Of a stretch of DNA of 64,000 nt, positions 43,947-54,085 are shown piece by piece. A program made the translations under genes and the position numbers. The notes under the pieces were generated by a model. It was not told the origin of the DNA. It worked only from the letters and a program-made list of their open reading frames with translations, and made no database searches. The DNA comes from an uncultured Eubacteriales bacterium. GTDB lineage: Bacteria; Bacillota; Clostridia; Christensenellales; Aristaeellaceae. Where the stretch lies: contig CADBEB010000014.1 in NCBI GenBank assembly GCA_902793605.1, forward strand, positions 3,265 through 67,264, given 5' to 3'. Position 1 is the stretch's first letter. Every line of letters starts with the position of its first letter.

Positions 43947-45791
43947 ATGAAGAAGAAAACGACGCCTGATCAGACGCAGCCCCGTAAAGGCCGGGGCAAG
44001 CTGATCTGGCAATTCCTAAAAGGAAGCAAAGCCTTATTCATTCTTTGCATGTGCTGCGCGGCGCTGTCCGCGCTGGCGGAGATGGTGATCCCCCAGATCA
44101 TCCGCGTGACCGTGGATAACGTGGTCGGCGGCGCGCCGGTGAAAGACCTGGCCCGCCCGGTGCAGACCCTGCTCAGCGCGGTCGGCGGGACGGAGGTCAT
44201 CCGGCAAAAGCTATGGCTCGCCGGGCTCGGCGTGATCCTCGTGGCTCTGGTCAGCGCCGTGGCGCGCTACGGGTTCCGGGTGACGAACACCCGGGCTAGC
44301 GAGACCCTGGTCAAGACCATGCGGGATACCCTCTTCAGCCATATCGAGCGCCTCCCCTTCCAGTGGCATATGAGCCATCACACGGGAGACATCATCCAGC
44401 GCTGTACCAGCGATATCGAGACGACCCGGCGCTTCATCTCGGAACAGATGACGGATCTGATCCGGATCACGATCCTCCTGGCGATGAGCATCAGCTTCAT
44501 GGTGAGCATGAACGTCTCCATGACGCTGGTGGCCGTGATTCCGCTGCCGGTAATCATCTGGTATTCCCTCTTCTTCCACCGGAAGTTCCGCGGGGGATTC
44601 CATAAGTGTGACGAGAGCGAGGGCAGGCTTTCCGCCATGGCGCAGGAGAACCTGACCGGCGTGCGCGTCGTCCGGGCCTTCGGCCGGGAGAGGTACGAGC
44701 GCGACCGTTTTGAAAAACACAATGAATCCTATACCGGGCTCTGGGTCAGCCTGGGAAAGCTCATGAGCTTTTTCTGGTCCTCGGCGGATATTCTCTCCGG
44801 GATTCAGATCATGCTCGTGGTCGTGTTCGGCGTGGTCTTCTGCCTGCGCGGCAGCATGACCAGCGGCGAGTATATCGCCTTCCTCAGCTATAACGGCATG
44901 CTCGTCTGGCCCGTGCGCCAGCTCGGCAGGATGATCAGCGAGATGTCCAAGGCCGGCGTCGGCATCGACCGTATCGGCTACATCATGGACGCGGAGGAGG
45001 AGAAGGACGCGGAAGGCGCCCTGACCCCGCCCCTGACCGGGGACATCTGCTTTGACCACGTGACCTTTGCCTATGAGGGCAGCCGGGAGATGCTGCACGA
45101 CGTGACCTTTACCATTCCCGCCGGCACGACCCTCGGCATCCTCGGCGGTACGGGCTCGGGCAAGTCCACCCTCATGTACCTGCTGGACCGGCTCTACCCC
45201 CTGCCCCCGGAGAACGGGCGCATCACCATCGGCGGAACGGATGTCGCGAAGATCCGCCTGGACCACCTGCGCCGCGGGATCGGGATCGTGCTGCAGGAGC
45301 CGTATCTTTTTTCCCGCACCCTGCGGGAGAACCTGGGCATCACCTCCGAGCACCTGCCGGATGACGAGCTGGCTGCCGCGGTGCAAGCTGCCTGCCTGCA
45401 GGAAACGGTCGATTCCTTTTCCAAAGGCTATGATACCTTTGTCGGAGAGCGGGGCGTGACCCTCTCCGGCGGCCAGAAGCAGCGGGCGGCGATCGCCCGT
45501 ATGCTGACCCGGCCTACGCCCATCATGATTTTTGACGATTCGCTTTCTGCCGTGGATACCGAGACCGATGCCCGCATCCGCGCAGAGCTGGAGAAGCGCT
45601 TCGGCTCGGCCACGATCATCCTGATCTCCCACCGCATCACCACCCTGTCCAGGGCGGACCGGGTCCTGGTGATGGACCGCGGGCGGGTGGCGCAGTTCGG
45701 CACCCCGGCGGAGCTGAGCGCGCAGCCCGGCCTGTACCGGCAGATCGAAGAAATCCAGACCCTGGACCGGAAGGAGGTGACCCCGGCATGA
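43947..45791 (+). CDS. ABC exporter permease/ATP-binding protein (heterodimer partner 1)
   Basis: Six-TM exporter core, GGTGSGKSTL, LSGGQKQRAAIARML, IFDDSLSAVD. Confidence 0.9.
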   Translation: MKKKTTPDQTQPRKGRGKLIWQFLKGSKALFILCMCCAALSALAEMVIPQIIRVTVDNVVGGAPVKDLARPVQTLLSAVGGTEVIRQKLWLAGLGVILVALVSAVARYGFRVTNTRASETLVKTMRDTLFSHIERLPFQWHMSHHTGDIIQRCTSDIETTRRFISEQMTDLIRITILLAMSISFMVSMNVSMTLVAVIPLPVIIWYSLFFHRKFRGGFHKCDESEGRLSAMAQENLTGVRVVRAFGRERYERDRFEKHNESYTGLWVSLGKLMSFFWSSADILSGIQIMLVVVFGVVFCLRGSMTSGEYIAFLSYNGMLVWPVRQLGRMISEMSKAGVGIDRIGYIMDAEEEKDAEGALTPPLTGDICFDHVTFAYEGSREMLHDVTFTIPAGTTLGILGGTGSGKSTLMYLLDRLYPLPPENGRITIGGTDVAKIRLDHLRRGIGIVLQEPYLFSRTLRENLGITSEHLPDDELAAAVQAACLQETVDSFSKGYDTFVGERGVTLSGGQKQRAAIARMLTRPTPIMIFDDSLSAVDTETDARIRAELEKRFGSATIILISHRITTLSRADRVLVMDRGRVAQFGTPAELSAQPGLYRQIEEIQTLDRKEVTPA

Positions 45792-47611
45792 TCCAGACCA
45801 TAGCAGCAGCCAAAAAAGAAAAAACCTCCCTGCCTTTCTTCGGCATCCCGCGCGTCGTGCCCTATGCCCGGAAATACAGCAGGACCCTGGCTACGATGGT
45901 GATCTGCGGCCTGATCGGGACGGGAATGGATATCGCCCTGCCCCTCTTCCAGCGCTATGCCCTGAACCATTTCATCGCCGGCGGCACCACCGATACCCTG
46001 CCCCTGTTTATTGTCATCTATGTCCTGGCGATCGTGGCCGCGGGCTGCGCTACTTTCATTGCCTGCAAGGGCGCCATGACCACTGAGGTCTCCATGAACC
46101 GGGACTTGCGCAACGCGGCCTTCAACCATCTGCAGACGCTGTCCTTTTCCTATTTTAACCAGAACAGTGTCGGCTATATCCATTCGCGCGTCATGTCGGA
46201 TACCTCCCGCATCGGCGGTCTGGTCTCCTGGACGCTCATGGACTGCGTCTGGCATACCAGCTACCTGATCGGTGCGGTGGCGGTGATGCTGGTCATCAAC
46301 GTCCGCCTGGCCCTCATGGTCACGGCGATCCTGCCGCTCATGGTGATCTTTTTCTCGCTTTTCCAGAGGAAACTGATCCTCGCCAACCGGCAGATCCGGG
46401 AGCTGAACTCCCGCATCACCGGGGATTTCAACGAGGCGATCACCGGCGCGAAGACCATCAAGACCCTCACCATTGAGGACCGCATGGCGAAGGACTTCGT
46501 CGCGGACACCCAGGAATACCGGAACACGTCCGTGCGCGCAGCCCGGCTTCGCGGCGGGTTCTCCGTCACGATGCACATGGCCTCCTCCCTGGCCCTGGCG
46601 ATCGTCCTGTGGCAGGGCGGGCTCATCGCGGCCTCGGAGGTCGGTACCTTCTCGATGTTCATGTCCTATGCTCAGGGCATGATGGAACCGGTCCGCTGGA
46701 TCGTGGATGCGATCTCGGACATCATCACCACCCAGGTGAACATTGAGCGGCTCACCCGCCTCCTCGGCACGCCGTCCGATGTCTCGGATACGCCGGAAGT
46801 CATTGAAAAATACGGCGATTCCTTTAACCCCAGGCGGGAGAACTGGGAGCCCATCCGCGGCGATATCGCCTTTGAGGACGTCTCCTTCCGCTATCCGGAC
46901 GGGGATGAGTACGTGCTCGAGCACTTCAGCCTGGAGATCCCCTTCGGCAGCAACATCGCGATCGTCGGCGAGACCGGCGCGGGCAAGAGCACCCTCGTGA
47001 ACCTGGTCTGCCGCTTCTTCGAACCGACCTCCGGCCGTGTGCTGATCGACGGGCGCGACGCCCGCGAGCGGAGCCAGCTCTGGCTCCACAGCGCGATCGG
47101 CTACGTGCTCCAGCTGCCCCACCTCTTCTCCGGCACCATCCGGGAGAACCTGCTCTACGGCAACCCGAACGCCACGGATGAAGAGATCGCGCGGGCCCTG
47201 GAGCTGGTCTCCGCCGACGAGGTGGTGGCCCGCATGGAAAAGGGCATCGATACGGATGTGGGCGAAGGCGGCGACCTGCTCTCCACCGGGGAGAAGCAGC
47301 TGATCTCCTTTGCCCGGGCGATCCTCGCGGATCCCCGCATCCTCGTCCTGGACGAGGCGACCGCTTCCGTCGATACCCTCACCGAGCAGAAGATCCAGTC
47401 AGCGATCGATACCGTGATCCGCGGCCGGACATCCATCGTTATCGCTCACCGGCTTTCGACCGTCCGCAACGCGGACCTGATCCTCGTCGTGAACGACGGG
47501 AAGATCGTCGAGCAGGGTACGCACCGGGATCTCCTCGCGGCCAAAGGCCCGTACTACCGGCTCTTTACCCGCCAGTACGAGGACGAAGCCACAAAGGGGA
47601 TCCTGAAATGA
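45788..47611 (+). CDS. ABC exporter permease/ATP-binding protein (heterodimer partner 2)
   Basis: ATGA overlap with partner 1. GETGAGKSTL, LSTGEKQLISFARAI, LVLDEATASVD. Confidence 0.9.
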   Translation: MIQTIAAAKKEKTSLPFFGIPRVVPYARKYSRTLATMVICGLIGTGMDIALPLFQRYALNHFIAGGTTDTLPLFIVIYVLAIVAAGCATFIACKGAMTTEVSMNRDLRNAAFNHLQTLSFSYFNQNSVGYIHSRVMSDTSRIGGLVSWTLMDCVWHTSYLIGAVAVMLVINVRLALMVTAILPLMVIFFSLFQRKLILANRQIRELNSRITGDFNEAITGAKTIKTLTIEDRMAKDFVADTQEYRNTSVRAARLRGGFSVTMHMASSLALAIVLWQGGLIAASEVGTFSMFMSYAQGMMEPVRWIVDAISDIITTQVNIERLTRLLGTPSDVSDTPEVIEKYGDSFNPRRENWEPIRGDIAFEDVSFRYPDGDEYVLEHFSLEIPFGSNIAIVGETGAGKSTLVNLVCRFFEPTSGRVLIDGRDARERSQLWLHSAIGYVLQLPHLFSGTIRENLLYGNPNATDEEIARALELVSADEVVARMEKGIDTDVGEGGDLLSTGEKQLISFARAILADPRILVLDEATASVDTLTEQKIQSAIDTVIRGRTSIVIAHRLSTVRNADLILVVNDGKIVEQGTHRDLLAAKGPYYRLFTRQYEDEATKGILK

Positions 47612-47612
47612 G

Positions 47613-47636
47613 AAAAAGCGCCGCGAGGCGCTTTTT
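47613..47636. terminator. bidirectional terminator
   Basis: AAAAAGCGCC, loop GCGA, GGCGCTTTTT. Perfect 10-bp stem that includes the A and T tracts, between convergent genes. Confidence 0.75.
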
Positions 47637-47643
47637 CTTATTT

Positions 47644-47681
47644 TAAAGATCACATTAAAAGATCACATTAAAAGATCACAC
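47644..47681. repeat. three tandem copies of a 12-13 bp unit (TAAAAGATCACAT)
   Basis: TAAAGATCACAT, TAAAAGATCACAT, TAAAAGATCACAC. The third copy supplies the last codons and stop of radA (...SVIF*). Confidence 0.7.
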
Positions 47682-49041
47682 TCAATGCCTGTGCCACCGT
47701 GTCCACCCCGACGACGTGCACGCCCTCCGGTACCGGCGTCCGCTTCGCGCACGCCCTGGGCACGATGATCGTCGTGAAGCCGAGCTGCGCGCATTCGGTG
47801 ATGCGCCGCTCGCACTGCGGCACGGTCCGCACCTCGCCCGCCAGTCCGACCTCACCCATCACGGCGACCTCAGGCCCGACGGCTTTGTCCCGCAGGCTGG
47901 AAGCCACCGCCGCGCACAGGGCCAGGTCCGCCGCCGGTTCGGACAGCTCCAGCCCGCCGGCCACGTTGATGTAGACGTCCTGGTTATATGTCTGCATATG
48001 GGCCCGCTTCTCCAGAACAGCCAGCAGCATCGCGACCCGTCCGCTGTCCGCTCCGTTCACGGAGCGGCGGGGCGTCCCGTAGAACGTCGGGCTCGTCAGC
48101 GCCTGCACGTCGCACAGCAGGGGGCGGCTGCCCTCCATGCCGCAGAAGACCGTGCTGCCGCTGGCGCCTTTGGCCCGGTGGCTCAGCAGCTCTTCGCTCG
48201 GGTTGTCGACGACTTGCATGCCCTGTCCCGTCATCCGGAACACACCCAGCTCGTTCACCGATCCGAACCGGTTCTTCACCGCCCGCAGCAGGCGGTAGTC
48301 CTGTTGCCGGTCGCCCTCGAAGTATAGCACCACGTCCACCATGTGCTCCAGCATCCGCGGTCCGGCGATCGCACCGTCCTTGGTCACGTGGCCGACCAGG
48401 AACACGCTCGTCCCGGTTTCCTTGCACAGGCGCATGATCAGGCTCGTGCCCTCCCTAATCTGGCTGACACTGCCCGGCGCGCTCGTCATCTCCGGCCGGT
48501 ACATGGTCTGGATGCTGTCGATGACCGCCGTGTCCGGCTGCAGCTCGCGGATCTTTTCCTCCACCGCGTCCAGCGCGTTCTCCGCCAGCACGTACAGGTC
48601 GCTCGTGATGCCCAGGCGGTTGGCCCGCAGCTTGATCTGCCGCGCGCTTTCCTCGCCGCTGATATAGAGCGTGCGCTTCCCGCTCTTCGCCAGGTGGTCA
48701 CAGACCTGCAGCAGCAGCGTGCTTTTGCCGATGCCCGGGTCGCCGCCGATCAGGATCAGGCCGCCCTCGACGATGCCGCCGCCCAGCACCCGGTCCAGTT
48801 CGCTGATACCGGTGCCGGTCCGCAGGGTGATGTCCTCCGGGATATCCTTCAGGGGCAGGGGTTTCGCGCCGGTTCCGGGCCGCTGATTCGCGGCGATCTT
48901 TCCGCTCCCGGCCTTGTCGGCCACAGCCTGCACGCTTTCTTCCAGCGTGTTCCATGCGCCGCATCCGGGGCATTTCCCGACCCACCGCGGGGTTTCATAC
49001 CCGCACGCCGTGCAGGCAAAAACGGATCTGCTCTTGGCCAT
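47668..49041 (-). CDS. radA: DNA repair protein RadA
   Basis: N-terminal zinc finger CTACGYETPRWVGKCPGCGAWNT, Walker A GGDPGIGKSTLL, KNRFG motif, Lon-like C-terminus. Confidence 0.95.
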   Translation of the reverse strand: MAKSRSVFACTACGYETPRWVGKCPGCGAWNTLEESVQAVADKAGSGKIAANQRPGTGAKPLPLKDIPEDITLRTGTGISELDRVLGGGIVEGGLILIGGDPGIGKSTLLLQVCDHLAKSGKRTLYISGEESARQIKLRANRLGITSDLYVLAENALDAVEEKIRELQPDTAVIDSIQTMYRPEMTSAPGSVSQIREGTSLIMRLCKETGTSVFLVGHVTKDGAIAGPRMLEHMVDVVLYFEGDRQQDYRLLRAVKNRFGSVNELGVFRMTGQGMQVVDNPSEELLSHRAKGASGSTVFCGMEGSRPLLCDVQALTSPTFYGTPRRSVNGADSGRVAMLLAVLEKRAHMQTYNQDVYINVAGGLELSEPAADLALCAAVASSLRDKAVGPEVAVMGEVGLAGEVRTVPQCERRITECAQLGFTTIIVPRACAKRTPVPEGVHVVGVDTVAQALSVIF

Positions 49042-49111
49042 TGTGTTATCCTCTCAAAATCAGATCGGGGGCAGGGTATGAACCCTGTCCCCGAAATCAT
49101 ATCACATTTTC

Positions 49112-51397
49112 TTATTTGTGGCCATTAGGCGCATACTCCCACGCGTACTGGATCGCGGCCTCGTGTCCGCTGTCCACCTTCTTGCTGTCGTGGGTCTTGC
49201 TGTTGGTGAAGTGGATACACACCTGGCCCTTGAAGTCGTTCGTGGAGATCGTGTCACCTTCCGGATAGTTGTGCGGTACGCCGTACAGCGAGCAGGCGAA
49301 GGTCCGCGTGCCGATCGTCACCAGCAGTGGCCGCCGCTGGTACAGGTTCCTGCTCGCGATCTCGGTGCTGTTGCTTACGCCGTAGCACCTGCATAGCCGT
49401 GCGGTGTCCGCCGCGGTCAGCGGCTCCGCATCGACGTGCAGGCCGCCGGCCCAGCGGTGAGCCCACCAGACGATACCGGTCCTCACGTCATAGACTTTGT
49501 AGTTGCTGCCGCGGGCCCACAGCTCGTTGATCCCGCCCGTGTACCAGTCGATCTTCTCCGCAGGGTACAGGGTCATGGTCAGGTTGCTCGTGTCGCCCGA
49601 TCCGATGGGCACCGTGCCGAACAGCTTGTGCTGGGTCGAGGAGCCGGCGATGCCGTCCGCGTTCAGGCCCTTCGCCCGCTGGAACGCCTTCACGGCTTCC
49701 GCGACCGCAGTCGTATATTTGTTGGTGATGTCACCCGTGTAGTAACCCTGGTTCTTCAGCTCAGTTACCAGGTTCTTGACCGCCTGGCCGGTGGAGCCGG
49801 TCTTCAGCGTCGTATAGCTGGCTTCCTGGCCGTTGCCGCCGCTGTCCGGAGAGGAGGTAACGCCGGGTTCCGGGGTCGGTGTCGCGATTGCGCTGCCGTC
49901 CTGGTTGCAGGGGGTGACGTAGTTCCCGTGCAGCCAGCCCTTGCCGAGCGTGGGGTGAACGACCTGGTACCACTGGACGCCCTTGACGGTGGTCGGGCTG
50001 CCGTAATAGGGCAGGACCGTGTTCCGGGAGACGGTGCCGATCACATCGGAGTAGCCGGCGTTTTTCCGCAGGTTCACGCCGCCGGCGGTGGTCCTCACCC
50101 AGCCCGTGGGCTGGTTTTCCGGCGTCGGGGTCGGTGTTTCGCCGGAGGGCGGTGTCGGTGTCGGGGTCGTGTCGCTGACGACCCTGACGATGTCGCCGCG
50201 CAGGTAGCCCTTCGTGCTGCCATCCTGGACGAAGTACCAGGTATAGTTGTTCTTCTGTACCGGCTGCAGCAGGTAGGGCAGGGTCACGTTCTTCGCGATC
50301 TGCTTCACAACCGTGCCGTTGATGGTCGCCCGCAGGTTGCATCCGCCCACGATCGTCCTCACGTAGCCGAGCACGGTCGTGGCGGCGGAAGTGTCAGGCG
50401 CGGCGGTCGGGGTGGACGGGGAGGACGAGCCGTCGTCCGAGATGGTCTGCACGCAGTCGTTCCGCGCGTAGTAGGTCTTTCCGTTCTTGCTCACCGGGTA
50501 CCAGGTATATCCGCCCTGCTTCACGGGGCTGCCGGCGAGGGGCAGTGTGGTGCCCTGGCCGGTCCAGTCGTTCTTCGGGTCGTAGTCGCCGCCGGGGCTG
50601 GTCCGCAGGTGGCAGCTGCTCAGGATCAGTTTCACCATCGTCCGGGAGGAGGAATCGGAACTGCTGTTCGCCGGTGTCGGGGCCGGCGTCGCAGCAATGG
50701 ATTCACCGCTCTCGGGTCCGCCGCTCAGGATGGAGATGAAGTCGCTCATGATATAGCCGGTCACGCCGTCGTACCGCACCTTGAAGAACGTGCCGCTTCC
50801 GCCCCCGCGCACGGTGGGGATCGTCAGCAGTTCCACCTGCGTGTTCCGGTCCAGCTTCATCAGGCTGTGGTAGCCTGTTCCCGGGCCTTCGCGCATATTC
50901 GTTCCGCCGGCGGTTACCACGCCCATGGAGCCGGCCTTGGCCGGCAGGTCGCCCTTCCCGGCGGGTGCCGGGGTCGGCGTCGGGGTCGGCTGGTCGCCGT
51001 TGCTCTGGGGAATCGGGGTCGGTGTTGCCGCGGTACCGGTAGCAGCATAGGTGGCATATTCTTCATCGGTCAGCTCGCGGAAGAAGCCTCCGTGGATGTA
51101 GCCGAAGTAGGTGTTGCTGTTTTTCCGGCTTGGGTCGATGGTCCGCACCCGGTACCAGTGGATCTTGTCCGCGTCTTTTTCGCCCACGATCTCACAAACG
51201 TGGTCCTTCGGCAGGGAGAAGGCGATTTTCTCGCCGGTGCCAGCGCCGTAGCGCATGTTGACTTTATCCAGGGTGATACCCAGCCGCTTGGTCTCCGCCA
51301 GGGCAGCAGGATGCCGGCCGATCCCGGTCGGGATCAGCGACAACAGCAGGCTCAGCGCCAGAGCGAAGCACACCAGGCGGCGGCGGTTTACTGTCAT
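49112..51397 (-). CDS. secreted multi-SH3 / peptidoglycan-binding-domain wall protein with an unassigned conserved C-terminal domain
   Basis: Signal peptide, then several SH3-like modules separated by TPTPTP linkers. PG_binding_1-like TGSTGQAVKNLVTELKNQGYYTGD...AFQRAKGLNADGIAGSSTQHKLFG. C-terminal about 190 aa unassigned. Confidence 0.75.
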   Translation of the reverse strand: MTVNRRRLVCFALALSLLLSLIPTGIGRHPAALAETKRLGITLDKVNMRYGAGTGEKIAFSLPKDHVCEIVGEKDADKIHWYRVRTIDPSRKNSNTYFGYIHGGFFRELTDEEYATYAATGTAATPTPIPQSNGDQPTPTPTPAPAGKGDLPAKAGSMGVVTAGGTNMREGPGTGYHSLMKLDRNTQVELLTIPTVRGGGSGTFFKVRYDGVTGYIMSDFISILSGGPESGESIAATPAPTPANSSSDSSSRTMVKLILSSCHLRTSPGGDYDPKNDWTGQGTTLPLAGSPVKQGGYTWYPVSKNGKTYYARNDCVQTISDDGSSSPSTPTAAPDTSAATTVLGYVRTIVGGCNLRATINGTVVKQIAKNVTLPYLLQPVQKNNYTWYFVQDGSTKGYLRGDIVRVVSDTTPTPTPPSGETPTPTPENQPTGWVRTTAGGVNLRKNAGYSDVIGTVSRNTVLPYYGSPTTVKGVQWYQVVHPTLGKGWLHGNYVTPCNQDGSAIATPTPEPGVTSSPDSGGNGQEASYTTLKTGSTGQAVKNLVTELKNQGYYTGDITNKYTTAVAEAVKAFQRAKGLNADGIAGSSTQHKLFGTVPIGSGDTSNLTMTLYPAEKIDWYTGGINELWARGSNYKVYDVRTGIVWWAHRWAGGLHVDAEPLTAADTARLCRCYGVSNSTEIASRNLYQRRPLLVTIGTRTFACSLYGVPHNYPEGDTISTNDFKGQVCIHFTNSKTHDSKKVDSGHEAAIQYAWEYAPNGHK

Positions 51398-51515
51398 GAA
51401 TGGCTCACCTCAGTTCAATACATAAATCGATCGATACAGCACAACTGTACAGAGTCATTCTATTACGAAACTGTTACAATGTCAACAAAAGAATTGCATT
51501 TTTCTGAAGAAAACG

Positions 51516-51551
51516 AATAAAAAACGCGAGGGCTTTCCGATCGCCCTCGCG
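51516..51551 (-). terminator. leuS terminator
   Basis: CGCGAGGGC (51525-51533) pairs with GCCCTCGCG (51543-51551). An A-run on + gives UUUUUUAUU on the - strand. Confidence 0.7.
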
Positions 51552-51600
51552 CTCCTTCGGCCACAAACCTTATATATGCATTTTCGGAATGCAGTTCAGA

Positions 51601-54024
51601 TTACTTAACAACAATATTAACAATTCTGCCCTTGACGTAGATCTCCTTGACGATCGTCTTTCCGGCGATCGTGACCTGGACGTTGTGCATCGCGTGCGCC
51701 TTCTCCAGCACCGCGGCCTGCTCCTCGTCCACGCCGATCTCCACCGTCGCCCGGACCTTGCCGTTCACCTGCACCGGGATCTGGATCGTATCCTCCCTGA
51801 TCTTCTCCTCGTCCCATGTTGGCCAAGGCTCATAGGCCAGCGTGTCTTCATGTCCCAGGAGGCTCCACATCTCCTCGCCGATATGCGGGCAGATGCAGCT
51901 GAGCATCTTCACAAAGGCCTCGGCGTACGCTTTCGGGCACGTCCCGTTCTTGTAGCACGCGTTCACGAAGATCATCATCTGGCTGATCGCCGTGTTGAAG
52001 CCCAGGGTCTCAAAGTCCCCGGTCACCTTTTTCACCGTCTGGTGGAACACCCTGTCCAGCGCGCCGTCGTTTCCTTCGGTGATGTTCTCTTCGTTCGTGA
52101 AGAAGGTCCATACGCGGTTCAGGAACTTCCTTGCGCCTTCGACGCCCTGCGGGCTCCAGGGCTTGGACACCTCCAGTGGGCCCATGAACATCTCGTAGAT
52201 CCGCAGCGTGTCCGCGCCGTATTTGTTCACGATGTCGCTCGGGTTCACCACGTACTTCGGGAACCGCTTGCCCATCTTGATGCCGTTCTCGCCCAGGATC
52301 ATGCCCTGGTGCACCAGCTTTTTGAAAGGCTCCTTTACGGGGCTCATGCCCTTGTCGTACAGGTACCGGTTCCAGATCCGGCTGTACATCAGGTGGCCTA
52401 CCGCGTGCTCCGGCCCGCCGATGTACAGGTCGACTGGCAGCCAGTGCTCCAGCAGTTTGTAGTCGGCGAAGGTTTCATGATTATGCGGATCGATGTAGCG
52501 CATGTAGTACCAGCTGCTGCCGGCAGAGCCGGGCATCGTGCTGGTCTCGCGGGTCCCCTTCACGCCGTTTTTGTCGTAGTGCTTCCACTCCTCGGCGTTT
52601 TCCAGCGGGGCCTTCCCGTTCTTTCCTTTATAGTCCTCCAGTTCGGGGAGGATCAGGGGCAGCTCGTCGTCCGGCAGGGGATACAGGCCGCCGTCTTCCG
52701 TGTGGACGATCGGGACGGGTTCGCCCCAGTAGCGCTGCCGCGCGAAGATCCATTCGCGGAAGTGGTAGTTGACCGTGCGCTTTGCAACGCCCATCTTCTC
52801 GAGCTTCGCGGTGATGGCCTCCTTGGCCTCCTCCACGGTCAGCCCGGTAAACTCCTCGCTGTTGATCAGCCTGCAGCCCTTGCCCAGGTAGTCGCCCTTT
52901 TCAAAGGCGTGTTCGCTCACGTCCGCCCCGTCGATGACCTGGAGCATGGGGATGTTGTGCGCGACGGCGTATTCAAAGTCGCGCTGGTCGTGGCTCGGCA
53001 CGGCCATGACCGCGCCGGTCCCGTAGCTGGCCAGCACGAAGTCGCCGATGAACAGTTCCGCCTCCCGCCCGTTCGCGGGGTTGATGCACTTTACGCCCTC
53101 CAGGCGGCAGCCGCTCTTGCCCTTGTTCAGCTCCGTCCGGTCCATGTCGTTCTTTTTCCGGGTCTCCTCGATGTAGGCCCTGACTTCTTCCTGGTTTTTG
53201 ATCCGGGGCATCAGGTCCTGCACCAGCTGCCCGTCCGGCGCCAGGACCATGAAGGTGATACCGTAGATGGTCTCGATACACGTCGTGAAGATGCTGAAGT
53301 CGCCGCCGCCGACGATCTGGAATCTGACCTCAACGCCCTCGCTCTTGCCGATCCAGTGGCGCTGCATGTCCTTCGTGCTCTCCGGCCAGTCGATCTCGTT
53401 CAGGCCTTCCAGCAGCTTCTCGGCGAAGGCGGGCTGGTTGATGACCCACTGCTTCATGTTCTTGCGGACCACGGGATAGCCGCCGCGCTCGCTCTTGCCG
53501 TCGATGACCTCGTCGTTCGACAGCACCGTGCCCAGCTCTTCGCACCAGTTCACGGGCATGTCGATGTACTGGGCGTAGCCGTCCAGGTACAGCTGCTTGA
53601 AGATCCACTGGGTCCAGTGGTAGAACTCCGGATCGCTCGTCGCGATCATCTTGTCCCAGTCATAGTCGAAGCCCAGCTCCTTCAGCTGGCGGCTGAAGGT
53701 CTGGATGTTTTCCTTCGTGAAGCCTTCCGGATGGTGCCCGGTGGTAACGGCGTACTGCTCCGCCGGCAGGCCGAAAGAGTCGTAGCCCATCGGGTGGAGG
53801 ACGTTATAGCCCTGCATCCGCTTCATCCGGCTGACGATATCCGTCGCGGTGTAGCCCTCGGGATGGCCGGCGTGCAGGCCGACGCCGCTGGGGTAGGGGA
53901 ACATGTCCAGCGCGTAGAACTTGGGTTTGGAGAAATCCCATACGTCCGTATGGAAGGTCTTGTGCTCCTCCCAGAATTTCTGCCATTTCGGCTCGATCAC
54001 CTTCGGGTCATAAATACGGTCCAT
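51601..54024 (-). CDS. leuS: leucine--tRNA ligase
   Basis: 807 aa. Class I HIGH-type motif LHAGHPEGY and KMSKS-type KMGKRF. Typical N-terminus YDPKVIEPKWQKFWEE. Confidence 0.95.
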   Translation of the reverse strand: MDRIYDPKVIEPKWQKFWEEHKTFHTDVWDFSKPKFYALDMFPYPSGVGLHAGHPEGYTATDIVSRMKRMQGYNVLHPMGYDSFGLPAEQYAVTTGHHPEGFTKENIQTFSRQLKELGFDYDWDKMIATSDPEFYHWTQWIFKQLYLDGYAQYIDMPVNWCEELGTVLSNDEVIDGKSERGGYPVVRKNMKQWVINQPAFAEKLLEGLNEIDWPESTKDMQRHWIGKSEGVEVRFQIVGGGDFSIFTTCIETIYGITFMVLAPDGQLVQDLMPRIKNQEEVRAYIEETRKKNDMDRTELNKGKSGCRLEGVKCINPANGREAELFIGDFVLASYGTGAVMAVPSHDQRDFEYAVAHNIPMLQVIDGADVSEHAFEKGDYLGKGCRLINSEEFTGLTVEEAKEAITAKLEKMGVAKRTVNYHFREWIFARQRYWGEPVPIVHTEDGGLYPLPDDELPLILPELEDYKGKNGKAPLENAEEWKHYDKNGVKGTRETSTMPGSAGSSWYYMRYIDPHNHETFADYKLLEHWLPVDLYIGGPEHAVGHLMYSRIWNRYLYDKGMSPVKEPFKKLVHQGMILGENGIKMGKRFPKYVVNPSDIVNKYGADTLRIYEMFMGPLEVSKPWSPQGVEGARKFLNRVWTFFTNEENITEGNDGALDRVFHQTVKKVTGDFETLGFNTAISQMMIFVNACYKNGTCPKAYAEAFVKMLSCICPHIGEEMWSLLGHEDTLAYEPWPTWDEEKIREDTIQIPVQVNGKVRATVEIGVDEEQAAVLEKAHAMHNVQVTIAGKTIVKEIYVKGRIVNIVVK

Positions 54025-54085
54025 GTCGTTTCACCTGATCCTTGAAAAAGATTGAATGCAGTATAGCACAACCGGGGGATTATTA

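Noticed and set aside
44211-47122. ORFs 44211..45632(-) and 45428..47122(-)
   Set aside because: Antisense shadows of the two ABC exporter genes.
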